A stretch of 64,000 nucleotides of DNA from Syntrophorhabdaceae bacterium (GTDB lineage: Bacteria; Desulfobacterota; Syntrophorhabdia; Syntrophorhabdales; Syntrophorhabdaceae): contig OY762209.1 in the NCBI GenBank assembly GCA_963665295.1, forward strand, positions 3,360,001 through 3,424,000, read 5' to 3'. A program made the position numbers and the translations under genes. The first letter of the stretch is position 1. The number at the start of each line of letters is the position of its first letter. This document shows positions 29,755-39,535 of the stretch, piece by piece. The notes under the pieces were generated by a model that did not search any database, was not told where the DNA came from, and saw only the letters and a program-made list of their open reading frames with translations.

Positions 29755-31437
29755 ATGCCAGATAGGAAGTATGATGCAGTCATAGTAGGGGGTGGACACC
29801 ACGCAACCATCATTGCCTGTTATCTTCAAAGGGCGGGCCTCAAGACGGCCATGTTTGAGAGGTGGCACGAGATGGGCGGAGGCGCCTGCGGCGAGGAACT
29901 GCCCGTACCGGGATTCATCCAGAATGTATGCGCCCACTTTACACGTTTCTACACAAACCCCGCATACAGTGACTTCAATCTCAGGGACTACGGCCTCGTC
30001 TATCTGTTCCCGGAGAATAATGAAGCATGGATGTACCCGAACGGGAACTACATCCTCGGCAAAACGATCTTCCCGGTGGTGGACAATCAGACGGGGAGGG
30101 CCGAGTTTTCTGAAGCAGCCGCCCAATACACCATCAACGAGATCGCGAAGATCAACAAAGAGGACGCCAACACGGTTGAAGACATCATAGAAAAATTCAA
30201 GGGCAAGTGGAGAAAAGCGTTTGCCAGATATCGTTATACCGGTCCCGGTGAATGGGGCGACGGTCCGGATCCTTTGGAAGAATTATGCAACGACCCGAAG
30301 TATGGTTTGGACCCCGAAATTGCATTCGGCACCGTGGGTGAAATTGCGACCAAGATGTTCAAGAGCCCGGAGATGCAGACCTTCTACATGAGGGCGATTC
30401 AAACCTCGAACGGTCTTTTTCCTCAGGACAGGCCGGGGCCGTACTGGCACATCCATGCCCTCGGACTCATCCTGTCGGTTGACGCGGCTGCAATTGTTAC
30501 CGGCGGCACACACAGTATCACCCATGCTCTCTTAAGGGCGTTCGAGAGCTACGGGGGGGAATTCTTTGTCCTCAATGAGGTGGAGAAGGTCCTGGTCGAT
30601 AGCAACAAGGCATACGGCATCAAACTGAGAAACGGCGATACGATCAAAGCCGACATCGTCGTGAGTGATCTGAGTATCGAGCTGACCCTCGATGCCCTCG
30701 GAAAAGACTGGGTTCCCAATGAGCTATGGACAAAGGCCCAGAAGTTGAAAGAAAAACCTCCGACACTGGATGACAAGGGATATGAACGAACCCAACTCCT
30801 GTGGGGGAATATCGCCCTCATGGAAGCCCCAAAATACCCACAGAATCCGGAGCTCGGCATGGTTCCACGGCTCTATTTCGGAGAGGCCGACCCGGAGTAC
30901 TTCCTGAGCGGGCAATATCAGAAGGAGAGGTGGGCGCAGGGCATAGCCAATAAACTTTATCTCCTCGTCGCTCCCGACGTCCAGTGGGACAAGACGAGAG
31001 CGCCTGCGGGGCGATTTGCCGCCCTGGTTGAGGAATTTACCTGCCCATGGCGCAATTTCCCGGAGAAGAAATGGCTTCAGATCAAGAAGGATATTGAGTT
31101 CAAGATGGTCGAAGAGTGGGGTAAATATGCCCCGAACGTGAACCAGGAGAATTTCATCTCGGCATGGATTGCCACTCCGGACGACGTGGTCAACAGGAAT
31201 CCCTGCATGCCCCAGGGAGGATGGGGGGCGCTCGACGCGCACTACGAGTGCTCAGGCAGACTGAGACCATTCCCCGAGGTCTCCAACTACCGCATGCCGG
31301 TGAAAAACTATTACCTGTGTTCTTCGGCGGCCCATTCTGCCCACGGCATAGGCCGGGGAAGCAGCTACAATTGCTATAAGGTCATCGCCAAGGATTTGGG
31401 GCTCAAGTACAGACCCTGGGAAGAACGCGAGATTTAG
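29755..31437 (+). CDS. FAD-dependent oxidoreductase (COG1233), paralog 2
   Basis: VIVGGGHHA (variant GxGxxG), ERWHEMGGG, TGGTHS, YLCSSAAHSAHGIGRGSSYNC. Confidence 0.85.
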   Translation: MPDRKYDAVIVGGGHHATIIACYLQRAGLKTAMFERWHEMGGGACGEELPVPGFIQNVCAHFTRFYTNPAYSDFNLRDYGLVYLFPENNEAWMYPNGNYILGKTIFPVVDNQTGRAEFSEAAAQYTINEIAKINKEDANTVEDIIEKFKGKWRKAFARYRYTGPGEWGDGPDPLEELCNDPKYGLDPEIAFGTVGEIATKMFKSPEMQTFYMRAIQTSNGLFPQDRPGPYWHIHALGLILSVDAAAIVTGGTHSITHALLRAFESYGGEFFVLNEVEKVLVDSNKAYGIKLRNGDTIKADIVVSDLSIELTLDALGKDWVPNELWTKAQKLKEKPPTLDDKGYERTQLLWGNIALMEAPKYPQNPELGMVPRLYFGEADPEYFLSGQYQKERWAQGIANKLYLLVAPDVQWDKTRAPAGRFAALVEEFTCPWRNFPEKKWLQIKKDIEFKMVEEWGKYAPNVNQENFISAWIATPDDVVNRNPCMPQGGWGALDAHYECSGRLRPFPEVSNYRMPVKNYYLCSSAAHSAHGIGRGSSYNCYKVIAKDLGLKYRPWEEREI

Positions 31438-31539
31438 ACTGGCTGTCCGCAATGAGGGGTGGCAGAAATGCTGAAGGAGGGAAATCCCTTGCCGGCTCAA
31501 GAGCAAAGGGGTTTCCCTCCGGGTTGGAGGAGGAAGGCT

Positions 31540-32415
31540 TTGAAGCTTAGTCCGGAATGCAGAACCTGTATTTTCGAATGGGTGCATCAAAGGACCGCTC
31601 CCCACGTCCCGACGTGGGCAAAGTCTTCCCTATCCGACAAGATAGCCGAAGCCATAGTCAAGGGTGCATCAGGGTCCTCCAATGCCGCCCTCCTGTGCAA
31701 CAGGGCTGTCTTCTCGGCCCGGGAAATAGAATCCGGATCGGTCGCATATTACCAAGCCTTTAAGGATAAGAGCAACGCCGAAGCGAAAGAGCTACTCCCC
31801 ATGGTCCGGGAGTATCTGAAAAGGGGGACAACAAAAAGAGAAAAACTCGAACGGGCCCTCTCTGTCGCCGCTGCGGCCAACGTGGCGCCCCTCGGCGCCC
31901 CTTCGTCGGCCTTCACATTTTCAGATGTTATTGACGTGATCGAAGGCAGACTCCCACCGGTCCTTGCAGGCGATGTGCATGATGCGATCGTCACTGCACG
32001 CCGGGTGCTCTACGTGACGGATAATGCGGGAGAGATAGGATTTGATTCGATTGTGCTGAAATCCCTTAAAGATAGGGGGATCTATGTAACGTTGGTGGTA
32101 AAGGAAGACGGTTTCTTTGAGGACGCGACCATGAGCGACGCGAGCTATTTTGGCCTTGAAGAAGTTGTTGATGAGATTGTTGCGTCAAGAGGGTTTTTCG
32201 TGAGGGGCGAACTCTCAACCGCCCTGAGCATGGCCTATGATCTGTGTGACTTGATAATCGTGAAGGGTACCGGAAGCTTTGAGGCGCTAAGGGGGGAGAC
32301 AGCCGAAAGAAAGGTTATTTTCATGCTCAAAGTGAAGTGCAAGCCCATCGCCATAGACACGGGGGTTGAGCAGGGCCGGGTCCTTGTGAAGGTGGAGGCT
32401 GGTAAAATCCAATAA
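31540..32415 (+). CDS. DUF89/ARMT1-like damage-control phosphatase family
   Basis: N-terminal CxxC (CRTC), DNAGE, EDAT, KGTGSFE, KVKC; GGAGGAGG RBS before TTG 31540. Confidence 0.78.
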   Translation: MKLSPECRTCIFEWVHQRTAPHVPTWAKSSLSDKIAEAIVKGASGSSNAALLCNRAVFSAREIESGSVAYYQAFKDKSNAEAKELLPMVREYLKRGTTKREKLERALSVAAAANVAPLGAPSSAFTFSDVIDVIEGRLPPVLAGDVHDAIVTARRVLYVTDNAGEIGFDSIVLKSLKDRGIYVTLVVKEDGFFEDATMSDASYFGLEEVVDEIVASRGFFVRGELSTALSMAYDLCDLIIVKGTGSFEALRGETAERKVIFMLKVKCKPIAIDTGVEQGRVLVKVEAGKIQ

Positions 32416-32424
32416 GGAGGAACT

Positions 32425-34140
32425 ATGGGACAGTTCATGTTTAAGCGACATGTACGAGAGTTTTGGCCGGAAAGAGACTTCAAGAAGTATCCGGTATGGT
32501 TTGTCGATTTTTCTCACTCCTATCCCGCATGGACACCGCTTTTCGAGTGGACGTGGATCTTCAACCTCGTCCACGGTCACATTTATGGCTGTAATGAGGC
32601 TTGGATACCCGAAACCAGGTCGTCTGATTGGCGCGAGATCGACGGAATGGCGATCTGCACTGCCACGCCCGTGCCTACCGAGGAGGAGGTCGAGTTCAGG
32701 CGCAAGAAATTTTATGAACACATCAAGGGCGATTTCGAGCCCAATTACGATAAACACTGGGAGAAGAGCAAAACTGAGATGCTCGAGCGTTACAGCAAGC
32801 TCAAGGATTTCGACTACGAGAAGGCGACATTCTACGAGTTATACAAGCTCTTCAACTTCGCTATAGAGACCCACAAAAGGATGTGGGAGGACCACTTTTA
32901 CTTCATGTATGCCCTCTATGGGGCTTACTGGTACTTCGAGGACCTGTGCAAGAAATATGTGGGGATCAAGGAGACATCCACCGAGTGGCACAAGTTGGTT
33001 CGGGGTTACGAGAACATGCTCTTCCGCCAGGACAAGGCCATGTGGGAGCTTCGCAATAAGGCAATACAAAACGGTATCGATACCATTATTTCGGGCAACC
33101 CGGGCAACAAGGTCATCGAGGAACTGATGAAAACGCCCGCCGGCAAGGAGTGGGTCGAAAAGGACCTTGAGCACTTCATGCACGGTCTTGCCTACGGCTG
33201 GCGCATGATCAGGATGATGGAGTTCATCGAGCCCACGTGGTGGGAGCAGCCCGAAAGCGCCATACTCCACATACAACAGTACCTGATGGCGGACCGGGAG
33301 GTCAGGCCATTCCCGCTTGATGCAATAAGAGAAAAGCTGATCGAGGAACGAAAGGAAGTGGAACAGGCGATCGTGGCCAAAGCCGAGGCAAACGGGTGCA
33401 AGGACATGGAATGGTTCAAATGCCTCCTCCGGCTTTCCCAGAGGACCAGTTCTTTCAGCGAAAGTCACGACTTCCTTTACGAGCACAGGTGCTTTTCCGC
33501 GTTCCGTTTCGCCATGCTGAAGATCGGGGAGAGGCTCGCAAAGGTGGGCACTTTCAATAAGCCCGATGATATGTTCTTCTTCATCCCGGAAGAACTCCAA
33601 ACCATGATCGCCATGCCGGAAAACTATCAGTCGGGCTTCATCGCGGCCGAGCGAAGGCTGGAATGGATTGCCAACAAGGAATATCTCACCCGTCCGCCCA
33701 TTATGGCGAGAGATCCTTCCATGCAGCCCCATCAGGCAGGGGCATTCATGGTGGCTGCCAAGGACCCGATTATCGCCAAGATCACGATCGGCGAGTTTGT
33801 ACAGCCCGATCCGTCTACAGGGGCACTCTGCTTCGGCAACCCCGGAAGCCCCGGCGTGGCCGAGGGTACGGCCCGGATCGTCATTACCGCCGCAGACCTC
33901 AAGAAGATTCAATGGGGCGACATCATGGTCTGTCCGTCTTCGCAGTCTTCCTATACCCCCGTGTTCCCGCTTTTGAAAGGTGTTGTCTGCAATGGCGGAG
34001 GGAGTCTGTCCCACGGACCTATTGTGGGCCGTGAGTGGAATATCCCTGTTGTGGCCAATTGTATTACGGGAACACAATTGATAAAGGACGGCGACCGCAT
34101 CAGAGTAGATGGGTTTAAGGGGTTGGTCTACAAGCTTTAG
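32425..34140 (+). CDS. PEP-utilising His-domain subunit (phenylphosphate synthase subunit A / CreH-like), paralog 1
   Basis: WFVDFSH N-terminus; GSPGVAEGTAR; GGSLSHGPIVGREW phospho-His motif; no ATP-grasp domain. Confidence 0.8.
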   Translation: MGQFMFKRHVREFWPERDFKKYPVWFVDFSHSYPAWTPLFEWTWIFNLVHGHIYGCNEAWIPETRSSDWREIDGMAICTATPVPTEEEVEFRRKKFYEHIKGDFEPNYDKHWEKSKTEMLERYSKLKDFDYEKATFYELYKLFNFAIETHKRMWEDHFYFMYALYGAYWYFEDLCKKYVGIKETSTEWHKLVRGYENMLFRQDKAMWELRNKAIQNGIDTIISGNPGNKVIEELMKTPAGKEWVEKDLEHFMHGLAYGWRMIRMMEFIEPTWWEQPESAILHIQQYLMADREVRPFPLDAIREKLIEERKEVEQAIVAKAEANGCKDMEWFKCLLRLSQRTSSFSESHDFLYEHRCFSAFRFAMLKIGERLAKVGTFNKPDDMFFFIPEELQTMIAMPENYQSGFIAAERRLEWIANKEYLTRPPIMARDPSMQPHQAGAFMVAAKDPIIAKITIGEFVQPDPSTGALCFGNPGSPGVAEGTARIVITAADLKKIQWGDIMVCPSSQSSYTPVFPLLKGVVCNGGGSLSHGPIVGREWNIPVVANCITGTQLIKDGDRIRVDGFKGLVYKL

Positions 34141-34255
34141 CGTGCGAGGCCCCGGGGTTCGGGGACTTCAAGTCCGGTGCTTATCCCGGAATCCTTGAGG
34201 CCTCGATCCCCGCTGCAGGAAGAGCGAGTCCAAACAGTCATTTAAGGAGAGGATA

Positions 34256-35011
34256 ATGAAACGTCTGGATGGAAAAGTTGCCATTATCACAGGGGCAGGA
34301 AAAGGCCTCGGCAAGGCGTTTGCGGTGAGGTTTGCCGAAGAGGGCGCCAAACTCGTACTTGTAACGAGAAAGGATATGGAAGGTCTCAAGAATGTTGCGG
34401 AGGAGGCTACTGCAAAAGGGGCGGAATGCATCTTCCTTAAGGCCGACGTGACGAATATCGAGGATGTGGGGAGAATGGCCGATGAGGCGGCTAAGAAATT
34501 CGGAAGGATCGACATACTCGTGAACAATGCCGCCTACTACTTCGGGGTGGAAAGAAGGCCCTTTAATACTATCCCTCTTGCAGAGTGGGACATGATGATG
34601 AACATCAATGTGAAGGGTCCGTGGCTTTGTGCCCGGGCGGTCTATCCCTATATGAAAGCCCAGGGGAAGGGCAAGATAATAAACCTCACCTCCGAGGTAT
34701 TTTTCACCGGTTCGAACGGATTTGTTCACTACGTTGCCTCAAAGGGAGGAGTGGTAGGACTCACAAGAGCCCTTGCCGCGGAACTGGGGCCTGACAACAT
34801 CACCGTCAACGGGGTGGCCCCGGGGTTCACCGATACGGAGGCAAGCAGGACCATCGCTGATGTGAATAAGTATGATGTATCGAAAACGCCTCTACGCAGG
34901 CTCGGGGTGGCCGAGGACATCATAGGAGCAACATTGTTCTTCGCCTCCGACGACGCCGACTTTGTAACCGGCGAGATACTTCTCGTAGACGGTGGAAGGG
35001 CCATGCACTGA
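34256..35011 (+). CDS. Short-chain dehydrogenase/reductase
   Basis: TGAGKGLG, NNA, YVASK (YxxxK), VAPG. Confidence 0.92.
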   Translation: MKRLDGKVAIITGAGKGLGKAFAVRFAEEGAKLVLVTRKDMEGLKNVAEEATAKGAECIFLKADVTNIEDVGRMADEAAKKFGRIDILVNNAAYYFGVERRPFNTIPLAEWDMMMNINVKGPWLCARAVYPYMKAQGKGKIINLTSEVFFTGSNGFVHYVASKGGVVGLTRALAAELGPDNITVNGVAPGFTDTEASRTIADVNKYDVSKTPLRRLGVAEDIIGATLFFASDDADFVTGEILLVDGGRAMH

Positions 35012-35066
35012 GCGGAGAACCTATGCGCACGTGAGGAAAGGACCAATCCGCCAAAGGAGGGCGATT

Positions 35067-35387
35067 ATGTATGTGAGAATGACGTTCTTTAAGACGCAAC
35101 CGGGGAAGTTGGACGCGGTACGTAATACCTATGTGAACGAAGTAATACCCATGCATAAAGGACACAAGGGTATCAGGTTCGTTCACCTCCTCGAAGATAT
35201 GGAGGCGCCTGACGAAGGGATCTCAATTACGGCCTGGGACACCAAGGGAGATCTGGAAGCCTATGAGAAGAGCGGAGATTACGCGAAGATAATCACAAAA
35301 TTCAAAGTGATGCTGAAGGGTGAAACGACACTGAGATCATACGAGGTTACCGCGAGTTCTGAACCCCTGCTCCTGCGGATATTTTAG
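35067..35387 (+). CDS. ABM-type dimeric alpha/beta barrel protein
   Basis: QPGKLD...GIRFVHLL...SITAWDT pattern; AGGAGG RBS before ATG 35067. Confidence 0.7.
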   Translation: MYVRMTFFKTQPGKLDAVRNTYVNEVIPMHKGHKGIRFVHLLEDMEAPDEGISITAWDTKGDLEAYEKSGDYAKIITKFKVMLKGETTLRSYEVTASSEPLLLRIF

Positions 35388-35521
35388 ATGAAAGGGCGGG
35401 AAGTACCTCACCAGTTTGACCACGCGGGCCCTTCGATGAGGCCGATTGGTAGCTTTATTTTCGAACCGCCGCAAAGGAGTGGCGGAGATATATACAAATC
35501 CCCTGAAGCGAGGCGCTGCCC

Positions 35522-37216
35522 ATGAAGGTGTACGATTGTGTACCCGGGTTGGAGTTCGACGAGAAAGATGATCTGGAACAATCACCCGCCTGGTTCCTCG
35601 ACGGGACGCATTGCGTGCCCCCTTGGACCCCTATGTTCGGATGGTTCTGGGTAAACTTCTGTCGTCACGGCATGCAGTATGGCGCCGACGCCCTTCAGAT
35701 CCCTACCACGAGAGGCTGGGACTGGCGTTTCAAGGACGGCGGGGGATATTTGACCATCATACCCGTGAACACCCAGGCCGAGAAAAGAGAAAGGGCAATC
35801 CGATTCCGCGAGGCAATAAAACCGTTCCTTGAAGATTACGACGGGCTATGGAGCGGATTTGTCTCCGAAATGCTCACGCGATACGAAAAGATAAAGAGCC
35901 TGGACGGCTCAAGGGCCACGAACGTCGAGCTTCTGCAGAATTTTGAATACGCCATCGATACATGCAGGAGGATGTGGGAGATCCACATGTATATGATGTA
36001 CGGCACATACATGCCCTACATCCTTTTTGAGCAGTTATGTATGCAGTTGTTCAACATCGACGACACGAATCCCACGTTTCTCACGCTCATGAGCGGCTTT
36101 GACAACGAAAGCTTCAGGGTAGACAAGGGTCTTTGGGATCTCTCCCGGAGGGCGGTGGCGCTGGGCCTGAAAGAGACCATAATCGACTCCCCCATGAAGG
36201 AGGTGGTGGACCGGCTGCACGTAACCGACAAAGGGTGCCAGTTCATGGAAGAACTCAAGTTGTTTCTCGATCGGAAGGCGGGGTGGCGCATGGAGAGAAT
36301 GGCCGAATTGAATACGCCCACATGGGCCGAGGAGCCCGGTCTCGCCCTCTCCAGAGTCAGAGTCTACCTCATGATGGGCAGGGAATATGACCTTGACAGG
36401 GAAAGACAGAAACGCGAGCGGGAAAGGACGAAAGCCGAGGAAGAACTGCTTCAGCAGATGGCCCCCGAACAGCGCGGATGGTTTTGCACGCTCATGAAAA
36501 TTGCCCAGAACTCAAGCCGCTTCAGCGAAGAGCATAACCACTATCTCGACCTTTATACCCATGCGGTAATCCGCAAAACCTGTCTTGATATGGGAAGACG
36601 TTTCGTAATCTCGGGGACCATCGAAAAGACCGATAATATATTCTTTCTCATACCTGACGAGGTAAGAAAGGCTATGCTCAACCCGGATAAAATGAGCCTC
36701 AAAACGATAGTATCGAGACGTCAGGCCGAGTGGAGTAGATGGAACGACACGGGAAATCCACCCTTCATATTGCGCAAGGGCTTCGGACTCGACAAAGCGA
36801 CGCAATTGTTGACCACTTCGTTTGACCCCATAGCTCTGAAGGTCGTGGTAGGCAAACTACCCGCAGCGAAGCCTGGACTGAAGGCGGACCTCTTCGGCAC
36901 CTGCGGTTCCCCGGGCGTGGCCGAGGGCACTGCCAGGCTGGTCCTGAAAGAGGATGACCTCGAAAAGGTGCAGGACGGCGATATTCTGGTTGCAGCTAGT
37001 ACCTCGCCTTCGTGGACCCCCATATTCGGCATGATACGAGGTTTGGTGGTGGACCGGGGTGGGGCGCTTTCCCATGCGGCCATAGTGGGGAGAGAATATG
37101 GGATCCCGGTTATCATGAACGTCTTCGAGGGGACCACTAAGCTGAAATCAGGCCAGAAGCTGAGAATAGATGCAAATCTCGGGACGGTTACGATATTGGA
37201 GACGGAGACCAAATAA
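35522..37216 (+). CDS. PEP-utilising His-domain subunit, paralog 2
   Basis: WFLDGTHCVPPWTP; GSPGVAEGTAR; GGALSHAAIVGREYGIP. Confidence 0.82.
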   Translation: MKVYDCVPGLEFDEKDDLEQSPAWFLDGTHCVPPWTPMFGWFWVNFCRHGMQYGADALQIPTTRGWDWRFKDGGGYLTIIPVNTQAEKRERAIRFREAIKPFLEDYDGLWSGFVSEMLTRYEKIKSLDGSRATNVELLQNFEYAIDTCRRMWEIHMYMMYGTYMPYILFEQLCMQLFNIDDTNPTFLTLMSGFDNESFRVDKGLWDLSRRAVALGLKETIIDSPMKEVVDRLHVTDKGCQFMEELKLFLDRKAGWRMERMAELNTPTWAEEPGLALSRVRVYLMMGREYDLDRERQKRERERTKAEEELLQQMAPEQRGWFCTLMKIAQNSSRFSEEHNHYLDLYTHAVIRKTCLDMGRRFVISGTIEKTDNIFFLIPDEVRKAMLNPDKMSLKTIVSRRQAEWSRWNDTGNPPFILRKGFGLDKATQLLTTSFDPIALKVVVGKLPAAKPGLKADLFGTCGSPGVAEGTARLVLKEDDLEKVQDGDILVAASTSPSWTPIFGMIRGLVVDRGGALSHAAIVGREYGIPVIMNVFEGTTKLKSGQKLRIDANLGTVTILETETK

Positions 37217-37234
37217 AGCGATAAGGATGGGGCT

Positions 37235-37894
37235 ATGTTTTTATTTGTACAGTCGTGGGATATCGTTCGGGGGAAAGAAAAGGAGTATACCGATTTCGTG
37301 CTTGGGGAACACCTCCCGGTATTCCGGAGAATCGGCCTTAACGTAGTCGGAGGCTTTCATGTTATTGTCGGGGCCGGCCCGCGCATCAGCCACGTTGTCG
37401 CCGCCGGTGATCTCCGGAACCTCCAGGAGGCCCTGGAAACAGCAGATTTTCTCAGGATCACGGGATCGCTGCAGGAATACATAGTCAATTACAGCAGCAG
37501 GATATTCCGTCACACGGACAGAGTCAAACTGGAAACGTACGGCATCGGGATCGGAACATGGAGATTCAACCAGCACTATACCCTTATCCCGGGGGCGGAA
37601 GAAGAATATGGCCGCTTTCTTGGCAATGAATATTCCGCTGCGCTCCTTGACCAGGGGATAAGGATCAAAGCCGAGTGGCAGGGCCTCGTCGGTTCCGGTC
37701 CTTACCGCATCCTCCTGGAAGGAGTGGCAGAGAATATTCAGGATATCGCCGGGACCATAATTTCCGACGAGTACAGGGCTGTCAAGCGTACCCTTCTTAC
37801 CCGTTACGCGCGACAGTACAGCAGCAGGATTCTCGCGCCCACAGGGCGGGTGGAGGTCGCGTTTATTCTGGGAGAAATGACGAGGTCCCTGTGA
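37235..37894 (+). CDS. Hypothetical protein with two tandem NIPSNAP-like repeats
   Basis: Internal duplication: GKEKEY..VGAGP..YSSRI vs GAEEEY..VGSGP..YSSRI. Confidence 0.6.
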   Translation: MFLFVQSWDIVRGKEKEYTDFVLGEHLPVFRRIGLNVVGGFHVIVGAGPRISHVVAAGDLRNLQEALETADFLRITGSLQEYIVNYSSRIFRHTDRVKLETYGIGIGTWRFNQHYTLIPGAEEEYGRFLGNEYSAALLDQGIRIKAEWQGLVGSGPYRILLEGVAENIQDIAGTIISDEYRAVKRTLLTRYARQYSSRILAPTGRVEVAFILGEMTRSL

Positions 37895-37969
37895 ATCGGA
37901 ACCGGGAGATGGGCGCCGGCCGTGCCAATGCTCCCTTGAAGGGAAAAACATGATGAGGAGGAACGCTCA

Positions 37970-39301
37970 ATGGCTATTGATATGAGCATTTACTGGAATC
38001 CTGTTCTAGAGACACTGCCCCGCGAAAAACTGCAAGAACTACAGGTGAAGAAGTTCGCGCGTATTTTCGAGTGGGCCTATAACAACTCGCCCTTCTACGC
38101 CAAAATTTACAGAGATGCGGGCATTGAACCGGGAGACATCAAAACGTTGGCGGATATCAGGAAGATCCCGAAAATAGACAAAGGTATGTTGAGGGATGTG
38201 CAGACCAGGGACCCCTTTCCCTATGGCGACATGCTTGCGGTGCCCCTCTCCATGGTTACCGAGTTCCGCCAGACGAGCGGAACTACGGGTACGCCCGTCT
38301 ATCAGGCGGACACCTGGCAGGATTGGGAGTGGTGGGCCGAGTGCTGGGCCTACATCCTCCATGCTCAGGGATACAGGGATACGGACAGGGTCTTCGTTCC
38401 TTTCGGCTACAATATTTTCGTAGCATTCTGGGCGGGTCACTATGCGGCGGAAAAGGTCGGGTGCGAGGTGGTACCGGGCGGGGTCCTCGACACGGAAGCC
38501 CGAATCATGAAGATGAGGGAACTGAAATGTAATGCATTTATGGCAACCCCCACGTACGTCCTCGGCATGGCCGACACTGCCAGGAAGATAGGAATAGAAC
38601 CCAAGAGTATAGGTATCCAAAAAATCACTTGCGCAGGGGAACCCGGCGCGAGTATCCCGACGACCAAACAACGCATCGAGGATGCATGGGGTGCGAAGGT
38701 ATATGACCACATAGGGGCAACGGAGATCGGGGCCTGGAGCTACATGTGCACTTCTCAACCGAGGGGTTTGCACGTGAACGAGGCCTTTTTTCTCGTGGAG
38801 ATCGAGGACGTGGAAACGGGTGAAATCATAGAGGAACCGGGCAGGAACGGTAAGATGGTCATTACCGCTTTTGACAGGATAGCCAAACCCTGCATCCGCT
38901 TCGATTCAAAGGACGTGATACGATGGGCCGATTACACATGCGAGTGCGGCAGGACCTTTCGCATCATCGACGGAGGCGTCGTCGGGAGGGCCGATGACAT
39001 AACCAAGGTGAAGGGTGTGCTCCTCGCCCCCACAGCCATAGAAGAGGTGGTGCGAAGCTTTGCGGAACTAAGCAACGAATATGAGGTGATAGTGACGAAG
39101 AAAGGCGACATCGACGATATCGCCCTCAAAATAGAGATCACCCCGGGTTTCGAGGAAAGAAAGGAAGCCCTTCTCGCAAGGCTCAAGGACGAGTTGCGGG
39201 TGAAGACGAACCTTGGATATAAGATCGAGGTCCATCCTCATGGCAGCCTCCCGCGCTATGAGGTGAAGGCAAAGAGGTTCAAAGACCTCAGAAAACATTG
39301 A
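37970..39301 (+). CDS. Phenylacetate-CoA ligase family (PaaK-like) aryl-CoA ligase
   Basis: TSGTTGTP, AGEPG, DHIGATE, GRADD, KAKRF. Confidence 0.88.
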   Translation: MAIDMSIYWNPVLETLPREKLQELQVKKFARIFEWAYNNSPFYAKIYRDAGIEPGDIKTLADIRKIPKIDKGMLRDVQTRDPFPYGDMLAVPLSMVTEFRQTSGTTGTPVYQADTWQDWEWWAECWAYILHAQGYRDTDRVFVPFGYNIFVAFWAGHYAAEKVGCEVVPGGVLDTEARIMKMRELKCNAFMATPTYVLGMADTARKIGIEPKSIGIQKITCAGEPGASIPTTKQRIEDAWGAKVYDHIGATEIGAWSYMCTSQPRGLHVNEAFFLVEIEDVETGEIIEEPGRNGKMVITAFDRIAKPCIRFDSKDVIRWADYTCECGRTFRIIDGGVVGRADDITKVKGVLLAPTAIEEVVRSFAELSNEYEVIVTKKGDIDDIALKIEITPGFEERKEALLARLKDELRVKTNLGYKIEVHPHGSLPRYEVKAKRFKDLRKH

Positions 39302-39315
39302 AAGGAGGGACAAAC

Positions 39316-39495
39316 GTGGACACCCGGTACGACATAAATGCGATGGACGAAAAGATAAGGCTCATCCGCAAGACCGCGGAGGAGTTGATGAGTATAGGCG
39401 GTGGGATCGAAGCGGTGAAGAAGAATCTGGTGAGACTGCTGGCAAGCACAAAGATGCTCGAACTGAACATAAGCGACGCGAAAGAAGTGCTTTGA
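39316..39495 (+). CDS. Small helical hypothetical protein
   Basis: AAGGAGG RBS before GTG 39316; in operon. Confidence 0.6.
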   Translation: MDTRYDINAMDEKIRLIRKTAEELMSIGGGIEAVKKNLVRLLASTKMLELNISDAKEVL

Positions 39496-39535
39496 CAGAT
39501 GGCTTCCCGCGCCGGACCGATATCAGGGGGCGACA

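Noticed and set aside
27654..31437. Carotenoid desaturase (crtI/crtO) call
   Set aside because: No phytoene synthase or prenyltransferase nearby; context is catabolic
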